From the NCBI GenBank assembly GCA_018303645.1, contig JAGVXR010000058.1, positions 1 through 45,757 on the forward strand: a stretch of 45,757 nucleotides of DNA, read 5' to 3'. Below, piece after piece: positions 1-8,600 of this stretch. The notes under the pieces were generated by a model that was given only the letters and a program-made list of their open reading frames with translations, did not search any database and had not been told where the DNA came from. The position numbers and the translations under genes are program-made. This DNA comes from Candidatus Woesearchaeota archaeon (GTDB lineage Archaea > Nanobdellota > Nanobdellia > Woesearchaeales > GW2011-AR4). How positions within the stretch are numbered: the first letter of the stretch is position 1; each line of letters begins with the position of its first letter.

Positions 1-762
1 GATATGCAATCGGCAAAAGAAATCGGCTTTGTTGATAAGAAAATACCTTACAATAGTATGTTTGACTATTTTAAGAAAAAAGAATTAACACCATTATTGA
101 CTCAAATAATAACTATAACGAGTTTGCCTTTGAAGTCAGTAGAACATGACTTTGCCATTGATGCAACAGGTTTCGGGACAAGCAACTTTCAAAGGTGGTA
201 TAGTTTCAAGCATGGCAAAGAAATTTCATCAAGAAGATGGGTTAAATGCCACTTTGTTACAGGCGTCAAGACAAACATAATTCCAAGCGTAAAAATAACC
301 ACAGAGTTCGACAACGACAGCCCAGAATTAAGGGAATTAGTTAAGACAACATCAGAAAACTTCGAAATGGAAGAAGTATCGGCAGATAAAGCATATTTAA
401 GCAGGGATAACATGAATTTAATAGAAGAAGCTGGGGCAACTCCATTTATTCCCTTCAAGAGCAATGCAACAGCAAAGCCAAAAAATTCTGCTATCTGGAA
501 GAAAATGTTTTATTACTTCCAGCTAAACAATGAAGAATTTTTACAGCACTACCACAAAAGAAGCAATGCTGAAACTTCTGTCCACATGATAAAGTCAAAG
601 TTCGGCGATAGTGTAAGGAGTAAGACATGGACAGCACAGGTTAATGAGGTATTGTGTAAAATTATCTGCCACAATATATGTTGTGTAATACAAGAAATGC
701 ACGAGTTGGGAATTGCTCCAGACTTCTGCCCGAATAGTCAGGAAGTTGCCCGAATAGTATGA
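1..762 (+). CDS. DDE-type transposase, C-terminal portion (5' end lies outside the window)
   Basis: Frame is open to base 1. DDE-like landmarks FAIDATG, SADKAYLS and RSNAETSVHMIKSKFG resemble IS4/IS5-superfamily transposases. Confidence 0.6.
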   Translation, partial: DMQSAKEIGFVDKKIPYNSMFDYFKKKELTPLLTQIITITSLPLKSVEHDFAIDATGFGTSNFQRWYSFKHGKEISSRRWVKCHFVTGVKTNIIPSVKITTEFDNDSPELRELVKTTSENFEMEEVSADKAYLSRDNMNLIEEAGATPFIPFKSNATAKPKNSAIWKKMFYYFQLNNEEFLQHYHKRSNAETSVHMIKSKFGDSVRSKTWTAQVNEVLCKIICHNICCVIQEMHELGIAPDFCPNSQEVARIV

Positions 763-790
763 CTTTTCGGGGACTTATCGGGCAAAGCTT
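1..790 (+). mobile_element. Partial IS element (right end inferred)
   Basis: Contains the transposase ORF. TGCCCGAATAGT occurs twice (727-738, 747-758), and a related inverted copy CTTATCGGGCA sits at 774-784 just past the stop. The exact terminus is not determinable. Confidence 0.35.
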
Positions 791-835
791 TTGAAACAGA
801 AAGATTTATAAAGGGGCAAAATAAAGGAATAGCCT

Positions 836-1930
836 ATGGGAAATGGGGGTTTGGAAGGGGCACTTGAAACGAGTGCAATGGCTGTTGAATCGCCTAAAAG
901 CATGGGAAGAAGTATATTCTCCAGCAAAACTGCCCAAGCTCTGGGATTTGCTGCTGCGCTTTACATGTCTGGCTGCGCAACTGATGGAAGAAGAGTACCA
1001 ATGACTATAGGGCTCCCAGGCGGGCAGACTGTAACAATTCCAGCACCGCCCCGCACTTCAGCATCTCTTGATGACAGGATTTCACTTGAAGGTACAAGTG
1101 TTGACCCAAAGCATGAGGAGTTTGTGAATCATTTGAAGGATGTTGCTGTTGCTAAGTATAAACCCACTGGTAAAGGGCAAAAGGCATTGACAGAGCTTAG
1201 AAAATATGTTAACATAGAGGAAAGGCATATTATGAATATTAGGGAAATAAACGAGTTTTTAATGCCAATGGGAATGTTTTTGGTTGAATTTTTCAAAAAT
1301 GGCGTTATAAACATGGATATAAATGAAATCCAAACAAAAGACAAGTTTGAGGCTTATGCAGGTGGAGAGCATATAGGCACTTATGATAGAGTTATACTAG
1401 GCAAAACATTGTTTTCTACAAAAACATTACCTCCTCCTGGTGTAGGCGGGCGTTATGGAATTGGCAGCCCTAAAAAATATGTGATATTCCTTCCTTATTA
1501 CTTAGTTCCACTCAATCTTGCAGATTATGCTTCTATGCATGAGGTAGGGCATATAAAGTATAATATTGACGAGGAAGGCGCTGACTTGTTTGCTTTAAGT
1601 GCTGGAATGAGCAGGAAAATAAAAATAGAAAATCTTAGTGATATAGATAATTACTTAAAAAATCAAACATCCCTTACTTATAAATTACAAGATGCTATAA
1701 AAAGAATAATTTTTTATACTGGGAAAATGGATAAAAACGACCCAACTCTTGTTGGAAGGGTTAACATCCAAAACGGCTTGACAGATTTATCAAGGAAAAT
1801 CAATTCAATCGACTCACAATACCCTTCAGATCCTAGAAAAGCTTCTGACCAGCAGATACAAGCAATGTCTAAGCTTTTATTTGACAGGTTTCTGATGAAA
1901 AATCCTATTTACAGGCTTTCAGGGTATTGA
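836..1930 (+). CDS. Secreted/lipoprotein-like protein with ImmA/IrrE (M78)-like HExxH metallopeptidase motif
   Basis: TATA TTTATAAA at 806-813, 30 nt upstream of the ATG. Hydrophobic segment ends in the lipobox-like YMSGC. Motif MHEVGHIKYNIDEEGADLFAL matches the HExxH...E..A..FA pattern. Confidence 0.55.
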   Translation: MGNGGLEGALETSAMAVESPKSMGRSIFSSKTAQALGFAAALYMSGCATDGRRVPMTIGLPGGQTVTIPAPPRTSASLDDRISLEGTSVDPKHEEFVNHLKDVAVAKYKPTGKGQKALTELRKYVNIEERHIMNIREINEFLMPMGMFLVEFFKNGVINMDINEIQTKDKFEAYAGGEHIGTYDRVILGKTLFSTKTLPPPGVGGRYGIGSPKKYVIFLPYYLVPLNLADYASMHEVGHIKYNIDEEGADLFALSAGMSRKIKIENLSDIDNYLKNQTSLTYKLQDAIKRIIFYTGKMDKNDPTLVGRVNIQNGLTDLSRKINSIDSQYPSDPRKASDQQIQAMSKLLFDRFLMKNPIYRLSGY

Positions 1931-1988
1931 CTGCAAAAAAACAGAAAATTATATTAACAAGTCGGTTAAAAGTAGTTGAATAAGAGAG

Positions 1989-4900
1989 ATGAAAGCAAAA
2001 AAGAGGGTTTTGTTGTTAGCAATAGGATTACTTCTTGTGCTTAATATAGAGTTTGCTTATTCTTCATTTGTTGAAGATACAATAACAATAACCGAAACCT
2101 TTTTTCCTGAAGTATTTTATTTTGTTCCTGGATATGGGGCAGTTACTTCTCCATCCAATGCTGACACTTCAATTTTTCGTTCTGACCCGGCTTTAGCTGA
2201 GGCTGCATTAGCGGGTTTAGCGCGCTTGATATTTGTTGCTTCTCAGGGGCAATCAATAACCCAACTTATTAGTATTACCACAGCGGACGGTGCAAAAATT
2301 AATGTTAATGAAAAAGGAGAGGTTGAAATGAGGACATCTGATGGAACATTTCTTTATGGTACAGATTTAAAATTTGTTTCTGGGAAGGATAACTCAGATG
2401 GTTCAAGCACAGCATCAGGCACTTTCAAAGGAAATGATAACAAAGTTTATGCAGTTGAAGTAACCTCACCACATTGGCTTTCCTCGTCTCCTACCGCTAT
2501 TGACCTAAAACAAGCAGTTGAACAAGCACCTCCACCCCAATTCACCATCTTCATCCCAGAACCACCTACCTATATACTATTATATGTCCCTCCAAAGATT
2601 CCGCTTTGCACTCCGCAGACAGAAGTATGCGATGGCAAAGACAATGACTGCAACAGCAAAATAGATGATTACGTGATAAATGACTGCAAAAGCGAGGAAG
2701 GATTGTGTGCAAAACAATTAGGTGTATGCAAAGGAACAAGGAAAAAATGCAATGGCTTGAATAATTATCAGGACTGCACAACAAATGAGTACGGCGTAAG
2801 CGGAAAATACCAGGAGACAGAAACTCAATGCGACAATCTTGACAATGACTGCGACGGCTCTATTGACGAGGGATGCGGGTGCCTTCCAGCTTCAACAAAG
2901 CCCTGCGGCTACAATGACAAAGGTATTTGTCAATTAGGAACTCAGGTATGCTCAGCAGACGGCAAATGGGGTGATTGCATTGGTGCGGTTTACCCGGACT
3001 CGTTCAAGGAAACAGCATGCGATGGATTGGACAACGATTGTGATGGCTTAGTGGACGAATGTGTAACAAACCCGTGCGGGGAATGCGGGCAATTGCCCAC
3101 AGAAGTATGCAACTACCAAGATGAGGACTGCAATGCAGAGCCTAAAAGCCCGACAACAGCAACCTTCAACGGCAAATTTTACCAAGATTTCTCAAATTAC
3201 TGCCCTGCAGGCACTGTATGCAAGGGCTCTTACGCTGACGGAGTGGACAACAATAATGATGGAATAGTCGATGAAAACATCGACGAGAATGTCAAGTCAA
3301 AACCCAATAACAACTACCAATCATGGTGCGAAACCTGTGCTGCCAATCAAGGGCAGGCATGCGGCAACTGCGGTACTATTGACTGCGGAGGCAACTGTGT
3401 TAATCAAGGAGTATGCTCGCCTAATTCAGTCCAGTGCTCAGGCGACACAACCCAAACTTGCGCTGGAAACTGCCAATGGCAATCAGTGCAGAACTGCAAC
3501 AACCAGGATGGGTGGTACGGTGGAGGAAATACTCAGCAAGCAACTTGCGGCTCAGCAGACAATGACGCTTCTTCAGATTTCAGGGACTATGGATGTTCAG
3601 CAGGCTCATGCTCTTACTCCATAACACAGACAAAAGATTGTGACAGCTCAGACGCCTGGTACGGCGGCGGAAATAATGCAGGATGCGGCACTGACCCGAA
3701 TTCTGTATGGAATGATTATTATGTAACAACAAACACAAATTCATGCACTTCAACAACTGCGTGCACAGGCACAGGCAGCGTTAATTGCGACAGTAGCGAC
3801 GTATGCAACAACAAGTGCGAAGGGACAATATTCACATCTGTGCCGCCGATGAAAGACTATTATGTCGCAACAAACACAAATTCATGCACATCGACAACTG
3901 ACAGCCCTGTAACAGAAGACTGCGCAACCAAATCAAGCACTGACTCTGACGGCTCTGCAACAGCTTACACAACACAGGGTACTGTAGTAGATTACACCTC
4001 TTGTACACTTAGTGGCTGCGGCTCAAATGCTTATAACGACGCTTGCTCAGGTACTACCCTAACAGAATATGGAGCATCTGGTTCGTCTTTTGTATCTGGA
4101 ACAAAACAATGCCAGGATTTTGAAACATTTTATTGCTCTGGAACAAACAGATACAGGCAGGAATGGGGGTGCTCCTCAAGCCCGGGATATTGCAATGACG
4201 CTGCTGTTGCTGATATTTTGATAGAGGATTGCAATACCCAAGATGGATGGTATTGCAATGGCGCGACGAGAGAATACAGAGATTATGGATGTGCTCCAAG
4301 CAGTTGCACCTACACTGTCGCATCCTCAGAAAACTGTGCAGCAAAAGCATCTACAGATACAGATGGCTCTGCAGCAGCATACACTGTAGGAGGAACTGTT
4401 ACTGATTATGTAACATGCTCTGCCGGAAGCTGTACGTCCAACTCTTACAATGACGCTTGCTCAGCCACAATGCTTACAGAACACGGGACTTCTGGTGCTT
4501 CATTTGTTTCAAATAGCTATAATTGCGAGAATCTTGAATCAAACTACTGCTCAGGCGACAGGTACTTCAGGAATGAGTGGGCATGCACCAGCTCCCCAGG
4601 AGCTTGCACAGACGCAGCAGACACTGCAATAGGCACCAATGCGGATGGCGATGCAAAAGACCTGCAATGCGGCGATTCATTGTGTGATAATGCAGCCGGG
4701 GTTTATGACTCGACAAAAACAGCAACAGAAACAAACTGCGCAGACGGATTGGACAATGATTGCGACGGCACAGCGGACTGCAGCGACACAGACTGCAACG
4801 GTTCTATTGCAGGCAGCGTCAGGAACTCCGACAACCAGGCAATTTCATCAGCTGATGTAAGCGCAATGAAAGACCTGTCAACAGTCAAGTCAGCAACAAC

Positions 4901-5054
4901 AAATTCACAGGGTAGCTACAGCCTGGGTAGCATGAACTGCGGAGCTTACGACTTGGTTGCTTCTTATTCCGGTTATCAGCCTCAAACTAAAAGCATCAGC
5001 CTTCAGCCGAATCAGCAGATGACAGCAGACTTCACATTAGCCCTGATGAAATAG
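1989..5054 (+). CDS. Giant secreted Cys-rich surface protein with repeated CDGxDNDCDG metal-binding-type motifs and a C-terminal carboxypeptidase-regulatory-like beta-sandwich
   Basis: N-terminal signal-like MKAKKRVLLLAIGLLLVLNIEFAYS. Motifs CDGKDNDCN, CDNLDNDCDGSIDEGC, CDGLDNDCDGLVDEC and CADGLDNDCDGTADC. C-terminus GSVRNSDNQAISSADV...GSYSL...GYQPQTKSISL...ADFTL. Confidence 0.8.
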   Translation: MKAKKRVLLLAIGLLLVLNIEFAYSSFVEDTITITETFFPEVFYFVPGYGAVTSPSNADTSIFRSDPALAEAALAGLARLIFVASQGQSITQLISITTADGAKINVNEKGEVEMRTSDGTFLYGTDLKFVSGKDNSDGSSTASGTFKGNDNKVYAVEVTSPHWLSSSPTAIDLKQAVEQAPPPQFTIFIPEPPTYILLYVPPKIPLCTPQTEVCDGKDNDCNSKIDDYVINDCKSEEGLCAKQLGVCKGTRKKCNGLNNYQDCTTNEYGVSGKYQETETQCDNLDNDCDGSIDEGCGCLPASTKPCGYNDKGICQLGTQVCSADGKWGDCIGAVYPDSFKETACDGLDNDCDGLVDECVTNPCGECGQLPTEVCNYQDEDCNAEPKSPTTATFNGKFYQDFSNYCPAGTVCKGSYADGVDNNNDGIVDENIDENVKSKPNNNYQSWCETCAANQGQACGNCGTIDCGGNCVNQGVCSPNSVQCSGDTTQTCAGNCQWQSVQNCNNQDGWYGGGNTQQATCGSADNDASSDFRDYGCSAGSCSYSITQTKDCDSSDAWYGGGNNAGCGTDPNSVWNDYYVTTNTNSCTSTTACTGTGSVNCDSSDVCNNKCEGTIFTSVPPMKDYYVATNTNSCTSTTDSPVTEDCATKSSTDSDGSATAYTTQGTVVDYTSCTLSGCGSNAYNDACSGTTLTEYGASGSSFVSGTKQCQDFETFYCSGTNRYRQEWGCSSSPGYCNDAAVADILIEDCNTQDGWYCNGATREYRDYGCAPSSCTYTVASSENCAAKASTDTDGSAAAYTVGGTVTDYVTCSAGSCTSNSYNDACSATMLTEHGTSGASFVSNSYNCENLESNYCSGDRYFRNEWACTSSPGACTDAADTAIGTNADGDAKDLQCGDSLCDNAAGVYDSTKTATETNCADGLDNDCDGTADCSDTDCNGSIAGSVRNSDNQAISSADVSAMKDLSTVKSATTNSQGSYSLGSMNCGAYDLVASYSGYQPQTKSISLQPNQQMTADFTLALMK
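3921..4640 (+). repeat. Internal tandem duplication (about 138 codons, two diverged copies) inside the giant surface-protein gene
   Basis: CATKSSTDSDGSATAYTTQGTVVDYTSC...YCSGTNRYRQEWGCSSSPGYC is paralleled by CAAKASTDTDGSAAAYTVGGTVTDYVTC...YCSGDRYFRNEWACTSSPGAC. Copy 2 starts near 4335. Confidence 0.7.
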
Positions 5055-5311
5055 TCCATGCCTCATGCGACGGCAAAAACGGCTGCGCTTTCTATGACAG
5101 CATTTCAAAAGCAGCCTGCGACAACTCGCAGCCCGGCTGGGTCAGGGACTACAATTCCACACATTATGTTGTTTGCGCGCCCGGCGCCCCACAGCCAAAA
5201 CTCGAGATAGAGGCAAGCGTAAGCTGCGCAAGCGGCACCTTGGTCAAAATAACAAGAATTGTGGTGTACAACGGCAAGCCTGTTAAGCTGACTGTTGCAA
5301 CATGCGGCTAA
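4991..5311 (+). other. Start-codon-less open frame (-1 relative to the giant gene), probably its frameshifted C-terminal extension
   Basis: Frame is open from 4991 to TAA at 5309-5311 with no ATG/GTG/TTG. It encodes ...PDEIVHASCDGKNGCAFYDSISKAACDNSQPGW...VKLTVATCG. Its stop lies 1 nt before the next ATG (5313). Confidence 0.35.
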
Positions 5312-5312
5312 A

Positions 5313-5654
5313 ATGACAAAAACAAAATTTAAAATCGATGAAATAATGCTGGTGCTTATCGTGGTTTTTATAGCCACATTTGTAAATATATACACCAAAG
5401 CTAAAGAGCCCGATATGGAGGCGGAGAAAATAACAGCGATGATTTTGGACGACCACAGCATAAGCTTTGCCAATGGCAATGTAATAGACGAAAGCAAGCT
5501 GATGGAAATCAAAAATATGGACTACGGGGATTTTAAAAACTCGCTTAAAGCCAAAAGTGATTTTTGCGTTTATATTGAAGATGGGGATGGAAATGTCATA
5601 TTGTCCAAAGGCTCGTCAAGATTCAATGGAGACGGCTTAAGTTGCAGGGAATAA
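5313..5654 (+). CDS. Small N-terminally membrane-anchored hypothetical protein
   Basis: MTKTKFKIDEIMLVLIVVFIATFV hydrophobic N-terminus. ATG at 5313 follows the preceding stop by 1 nt. The longer 5295 start is also possible. Confidence 0.5.
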   Translation: MTKTKFKIDEIMLVLIVVFIATFVNIYTKAKEPDMEAEKITAMILDDHSISFANGNVIDESKLMEIKNMDYGDFKNSLKAKSDFCVYIEDGDGNVILSKGSSRFNGDGLSCRE

Positions 5655-5682
5655 AATACTTAAAAAGGAATGCCAAAAATAA

Positions 5683-8598
5683 ATGAGATATAATATGCCA
5701 CAGATAAAAAAGAGGATGTATCTGCTGTTTTTTGTAATATCTTTACTCTTGCCCCTCTCAGTGAATTCCCAGACATGCACGCAATTATCCTGCTTCAGCT
5801 TTGGCAAGACCTGTGTCCAGACTGCTAGCGGAGCTCAATGCGCTGACTACTGCAAGGACAAGGGCTTGGCAGTTGCAGCAGTCGGCGGCTGCTCTCTTGA
5901 CAAGAGGTACTGCAGCGCAGGAGGCGTATTGACAAGCAAATGCAGTGTTTGCGGCTGCGCAAAAGGCGAGGTATGCCAAAGCGACGGCTCGTGCCTGAAA
6001 GTGTGCAATGACGGCACTAAAAGCGGGCAGTGCTCCGCCCAAAAGCCGTTATATTGCGACAACGGCAAGCTTGTTGAAAAATCAAATAATTGCGGTTGTG
6101 ATGAAGGCAAAGTGCCTCAAAGCGATGGAACTTGCGGGTTTAAGTCATTTGCAAAAGATTCAACAATTTACGATTTTATTTATGGGTTGCAAAATGGAGT
6201 AAGGGAAAGGCTCAATTACAATAATATTGCCCTTCAAGGAACTGCTTTTGCATCAAGCACTTATGATGCGCCTGCTAATTGGGGACCATATAAACCTACC
6301 CCGGATAAGGTGATTGATGGGATTTATACAGATTGGCTGTCATCAGCTAGCTCGCAGCAAGAGAAAAACCAATACATAGGAATTGAATGGAATGAAGAAA
6401 AAACTTTCAATCAGGTCAAATTTGTGCAGTCAAAGCGTCATGTAAAAAGCTACAAGGTACAATATTTCAAGGATGGAAATTGGATTGATGCTACCAAAGA
6501 AAAGCAATTGGAATATTTCCCGAAAGATTTTGAACTTAATGATTGGGTTTGGGAGAATGAAAATGCATTCTTTGAGCCTGTAAAGGCAAGAAAAGTCAGA
6601 ATCTTTTTCCCAGAATGCTACGGGGTTTGCAGAATTCGTGAAGTTGGTGTTTACAACAGCGACGAAGATTCTTTGGGTTTATACACGCCAAATTACGCCG
6701 AAGGAGAATTCATTTCAAGAATAATTGATACTGGGACTTTGAAGAACAATGTGAAATATGAAAATCTTTACTTTACATCCCATGCTGAAGGCTCCTCGGG
6801 CAGCGAGGCGTCTGTGAAACTTCAAGTTAGGACAGCCACCATAACAAATGAGGGATTTAAAGGAGTATTCACGCCATGGACAGGCCCGGATGGCACTTCA
6901 GGAACATTTTACGAGAATTCAGGGCAGGCAATAAACCCAGTTGTCTACAAGTCAGATTCATTTTACTCTTCAACGGGATTTGTGTCTCCGACTGCAACAG
7001 GCGAGAAATTCAATACATGGGCAAATCCGCAGAATGCTTTTGCAAGCGACTTATCGTATGCGTACAAAACAGCCCAGCCCTCATTTAAAAGAGGGCAGCC
7101 AATATCCACTTCATGCCAAGCCTTTTTAGATCTCTCATCGAATGGTGGGAATTCCTATGAAGCAAAAAAATATTCTAATTTTGGAAGTGGTGATTTGGGC
7201 AAAGGAGGCCCAGCTTTATCAGACGGATTCACTTTTGGCAGCACTGATGATTTGTGGGGCAGGAGATGGTATCCGTCAGATTTTGCAAACAGCAATTTTA
7301 GAGTTAGGATAAGCCATGGCGTAGAAAGTTCAGGAGGCCCTTCTCCCGGTGCCCAAGACTACTATAACTTCAATCTGCCTGACTTAAGCGGTAAAAAAAT
7401 AAGGGGCATTGAAGTAAAAGTGCAGGGGCTATGCGACGGAACATCATCCGAATCCATATTAAAAGTGGATAGCATTAAATTAAATGTATACCTATATCAT
7501 GAAACTTATGACAAAAGCATCATTACAGGCTCCCACAACGGCAAAAAGTACATCCAGTATAGGGCATTGTTCTCAACCAATGACAAGAGCAAAGTGCCGT
7601 TTTTAGACGATGTCAAAATCATCTACTCGGGAAAGTTCAATTCAAAGCCTGTAGTGAGCACAAAAAACCAGGAAGTTGTTTTAGGAACTCCAGTTAATTT
7701 TGCAGCCATTGCGAATGACATTGATGGAAAAATTATCTCCTACGAGTGGGACTTCGGAAATGGCAAAACAGGAACTGGAAGCAATCCGGTCTACAGCTAT
7801 CCAAATGACGGCTTCTACACTGTAAAAGTTACAGCAAAAGATGATGACGGAGCTATAGCAAAAGCAAAGGCAAAAGTATCTGTCAATGTTTATGATTGCT
7901 TATCCGATGCTGCTCCAAAAAGCGGTCCTGCTGCAAACTTATTCGAGCCTGCAGATCCTTTAATAAAACTCAAAGCGACAGAAGCGTTATTGGAGTATGC
8001 CCAAAGCAAGGGCATAAAGGTTAAGGATGTCGACACAACATTAGAATATTACGAAGCAGCCAATAACTACATCACAAAACATATGAGTTACTTATCAGAT
8101 GGACCAACATGGAATGATCCTTGGAATGGGGCATCTGCCAAGGCATTGTTCCAGGCAGGTAACAGGGGATGCGGCAACAAGTATTGCGGAGATTGCGAGG
8201 ACTTCGCTATAACAACGACAGCTTTGCTAAGGGCAATGGGCGTAAGCCCGAAATGCGCCTATACAGCATGCTCATCAATCCATTGCTATAATATCCTAAA
8301 TATAGGCGGCAGGTTCAGGCTAGTGGAGCCGCAAAAAAACAGCCTGACAAGCGAGTTTAATTCAAAATCTTATGAGTGGAAATATGAAGGTTATACTTCA
8401 TATGAAACACACCGTGTTTTTAATGATGAGGTTGGAAAATTCGCATACGCAACTGTAGGTGATGCCAATCCGGAAACTTATACTATAAACTACCCAAGCA
8501 CAAGCGGCCTGCCAAACCCAAGCAAGAAATGCCCAGCTTCGTATTCGCAATGGAAAGGGCAGGGTGACCAAACCTACTTTAATGATAAATGCCTATAA
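5683..8598 (+). CDS. Secreted multidomain protein: Cys-rich N-terminus, discoidin (F5/8 type C)-like, PKD, and C-terminal transglutaminase-like cysteine protease core
   Basis: Signal-like MYLLFFVISLLLPLSVNSQ. Discoidin-like NIALQG..ASS...VIDG...NQYIGIEW...VKFV. PKD-like YEWDFGNGKTGTGSNPVYSYPNDGFYTVKVTAKDDDG. Transglutaminase-like core GDCEDFAITTTALLRAMGV. Confidence 0.75.
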   Translation: MRYNMPQIKKRMYLLFFVISLLLPLSVNSQTCTQLSCFSFGKTCVQTASGAQCADYCKDKGLAVAAVGGCSLDKRYCSAGGVLTSKCSVCGCAKGEVCQSDGSCLKVCNDGTKSGQCSAQKPLYCDNGKLVEKSNNCGCDEGKVPQSDGTCGFKSFAKDSTIYDFIYGLQNGVRERLNYNNIALQGTAFASSTYDAPANWGPYKPTPDKVIDGIYTDWLSSASSQQEKNQYIGIEWNEEKTFNQVKFVQSKRHVKSYKVQYFKDGNWIDATKEKQLEYFPKDFELNDWVWENENAFFEPVKARKVRIFFPECYGVCRIREVGVYNSDEDSLGLYTPNYAEGEFISRIIDTGTLKNNVKYENLYFTSHAEGSSGSEASVKLQVRTATITNEGFKGVFTPWTGPDGTSGTFYENSGQAINPVVYKSDSFYSSTGFVSPTATGEKFNTWANPQNAFASDLSYAYKTAQPSFKRGQPISTSCQAFLDLSSNGGNSYEAKKYSNFGSGDLGKGGPALSDGFTFGSTDDLWGRRWYPSDFANSNFRVRISHGVESSGGPSPGAQDYYNFNLPDLSGKKIRGIEVKVQGLCDGTSSESILKVDSIKLNVYLYHETYDKSIITGSHNGKKYIQYRALFSTNDKSKVPFLDDVKIIYSGKFNSKPVVSTKNQEVVLGTPVNFAAIANDIDGKIISYEWDFGNGKTGTGSNPVYSYPNDGFYTVKVTAKDDDGAIAKAKAKVSVNVYDCLSDAAPKSGPAANLFEPADPLIKLKATEALLEYAQSKGIKVKDVDTTLEYYEAANNYITKHMSYLSDGPTWNDPWNGASAKALFQAGNRGCGNKYCGDCEDFAITTTALLRAMGVSPKCAYTACSSIHCYNILNIGGRFRLVEPQKNSLTSEFNSKSYEWKYEGYTSYETHRVFNDEVGKFAYATVGDANPETYTINYPSTSGLPNPSKKCPASYSQWKGQGDQTYFNDKCL

Positions 8599-8600
8599 AA

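Noticed and set aside
2566-4888. Multiple 60-117-aa ORFs in alternative frames inside the giant Cys-rich gene
   Set aside because: They are fully nested in a long gene with a strong domain signal and have low-complexity Gln/Thr/Ala-rich translations typical of off-frame reads.
5105-5512. 135-aa minus-strand ORF
   Set aside because: It is antisense to the coding-like startless frame and to the 5313 gene. It has no promoter geometry and shadow-like composition.
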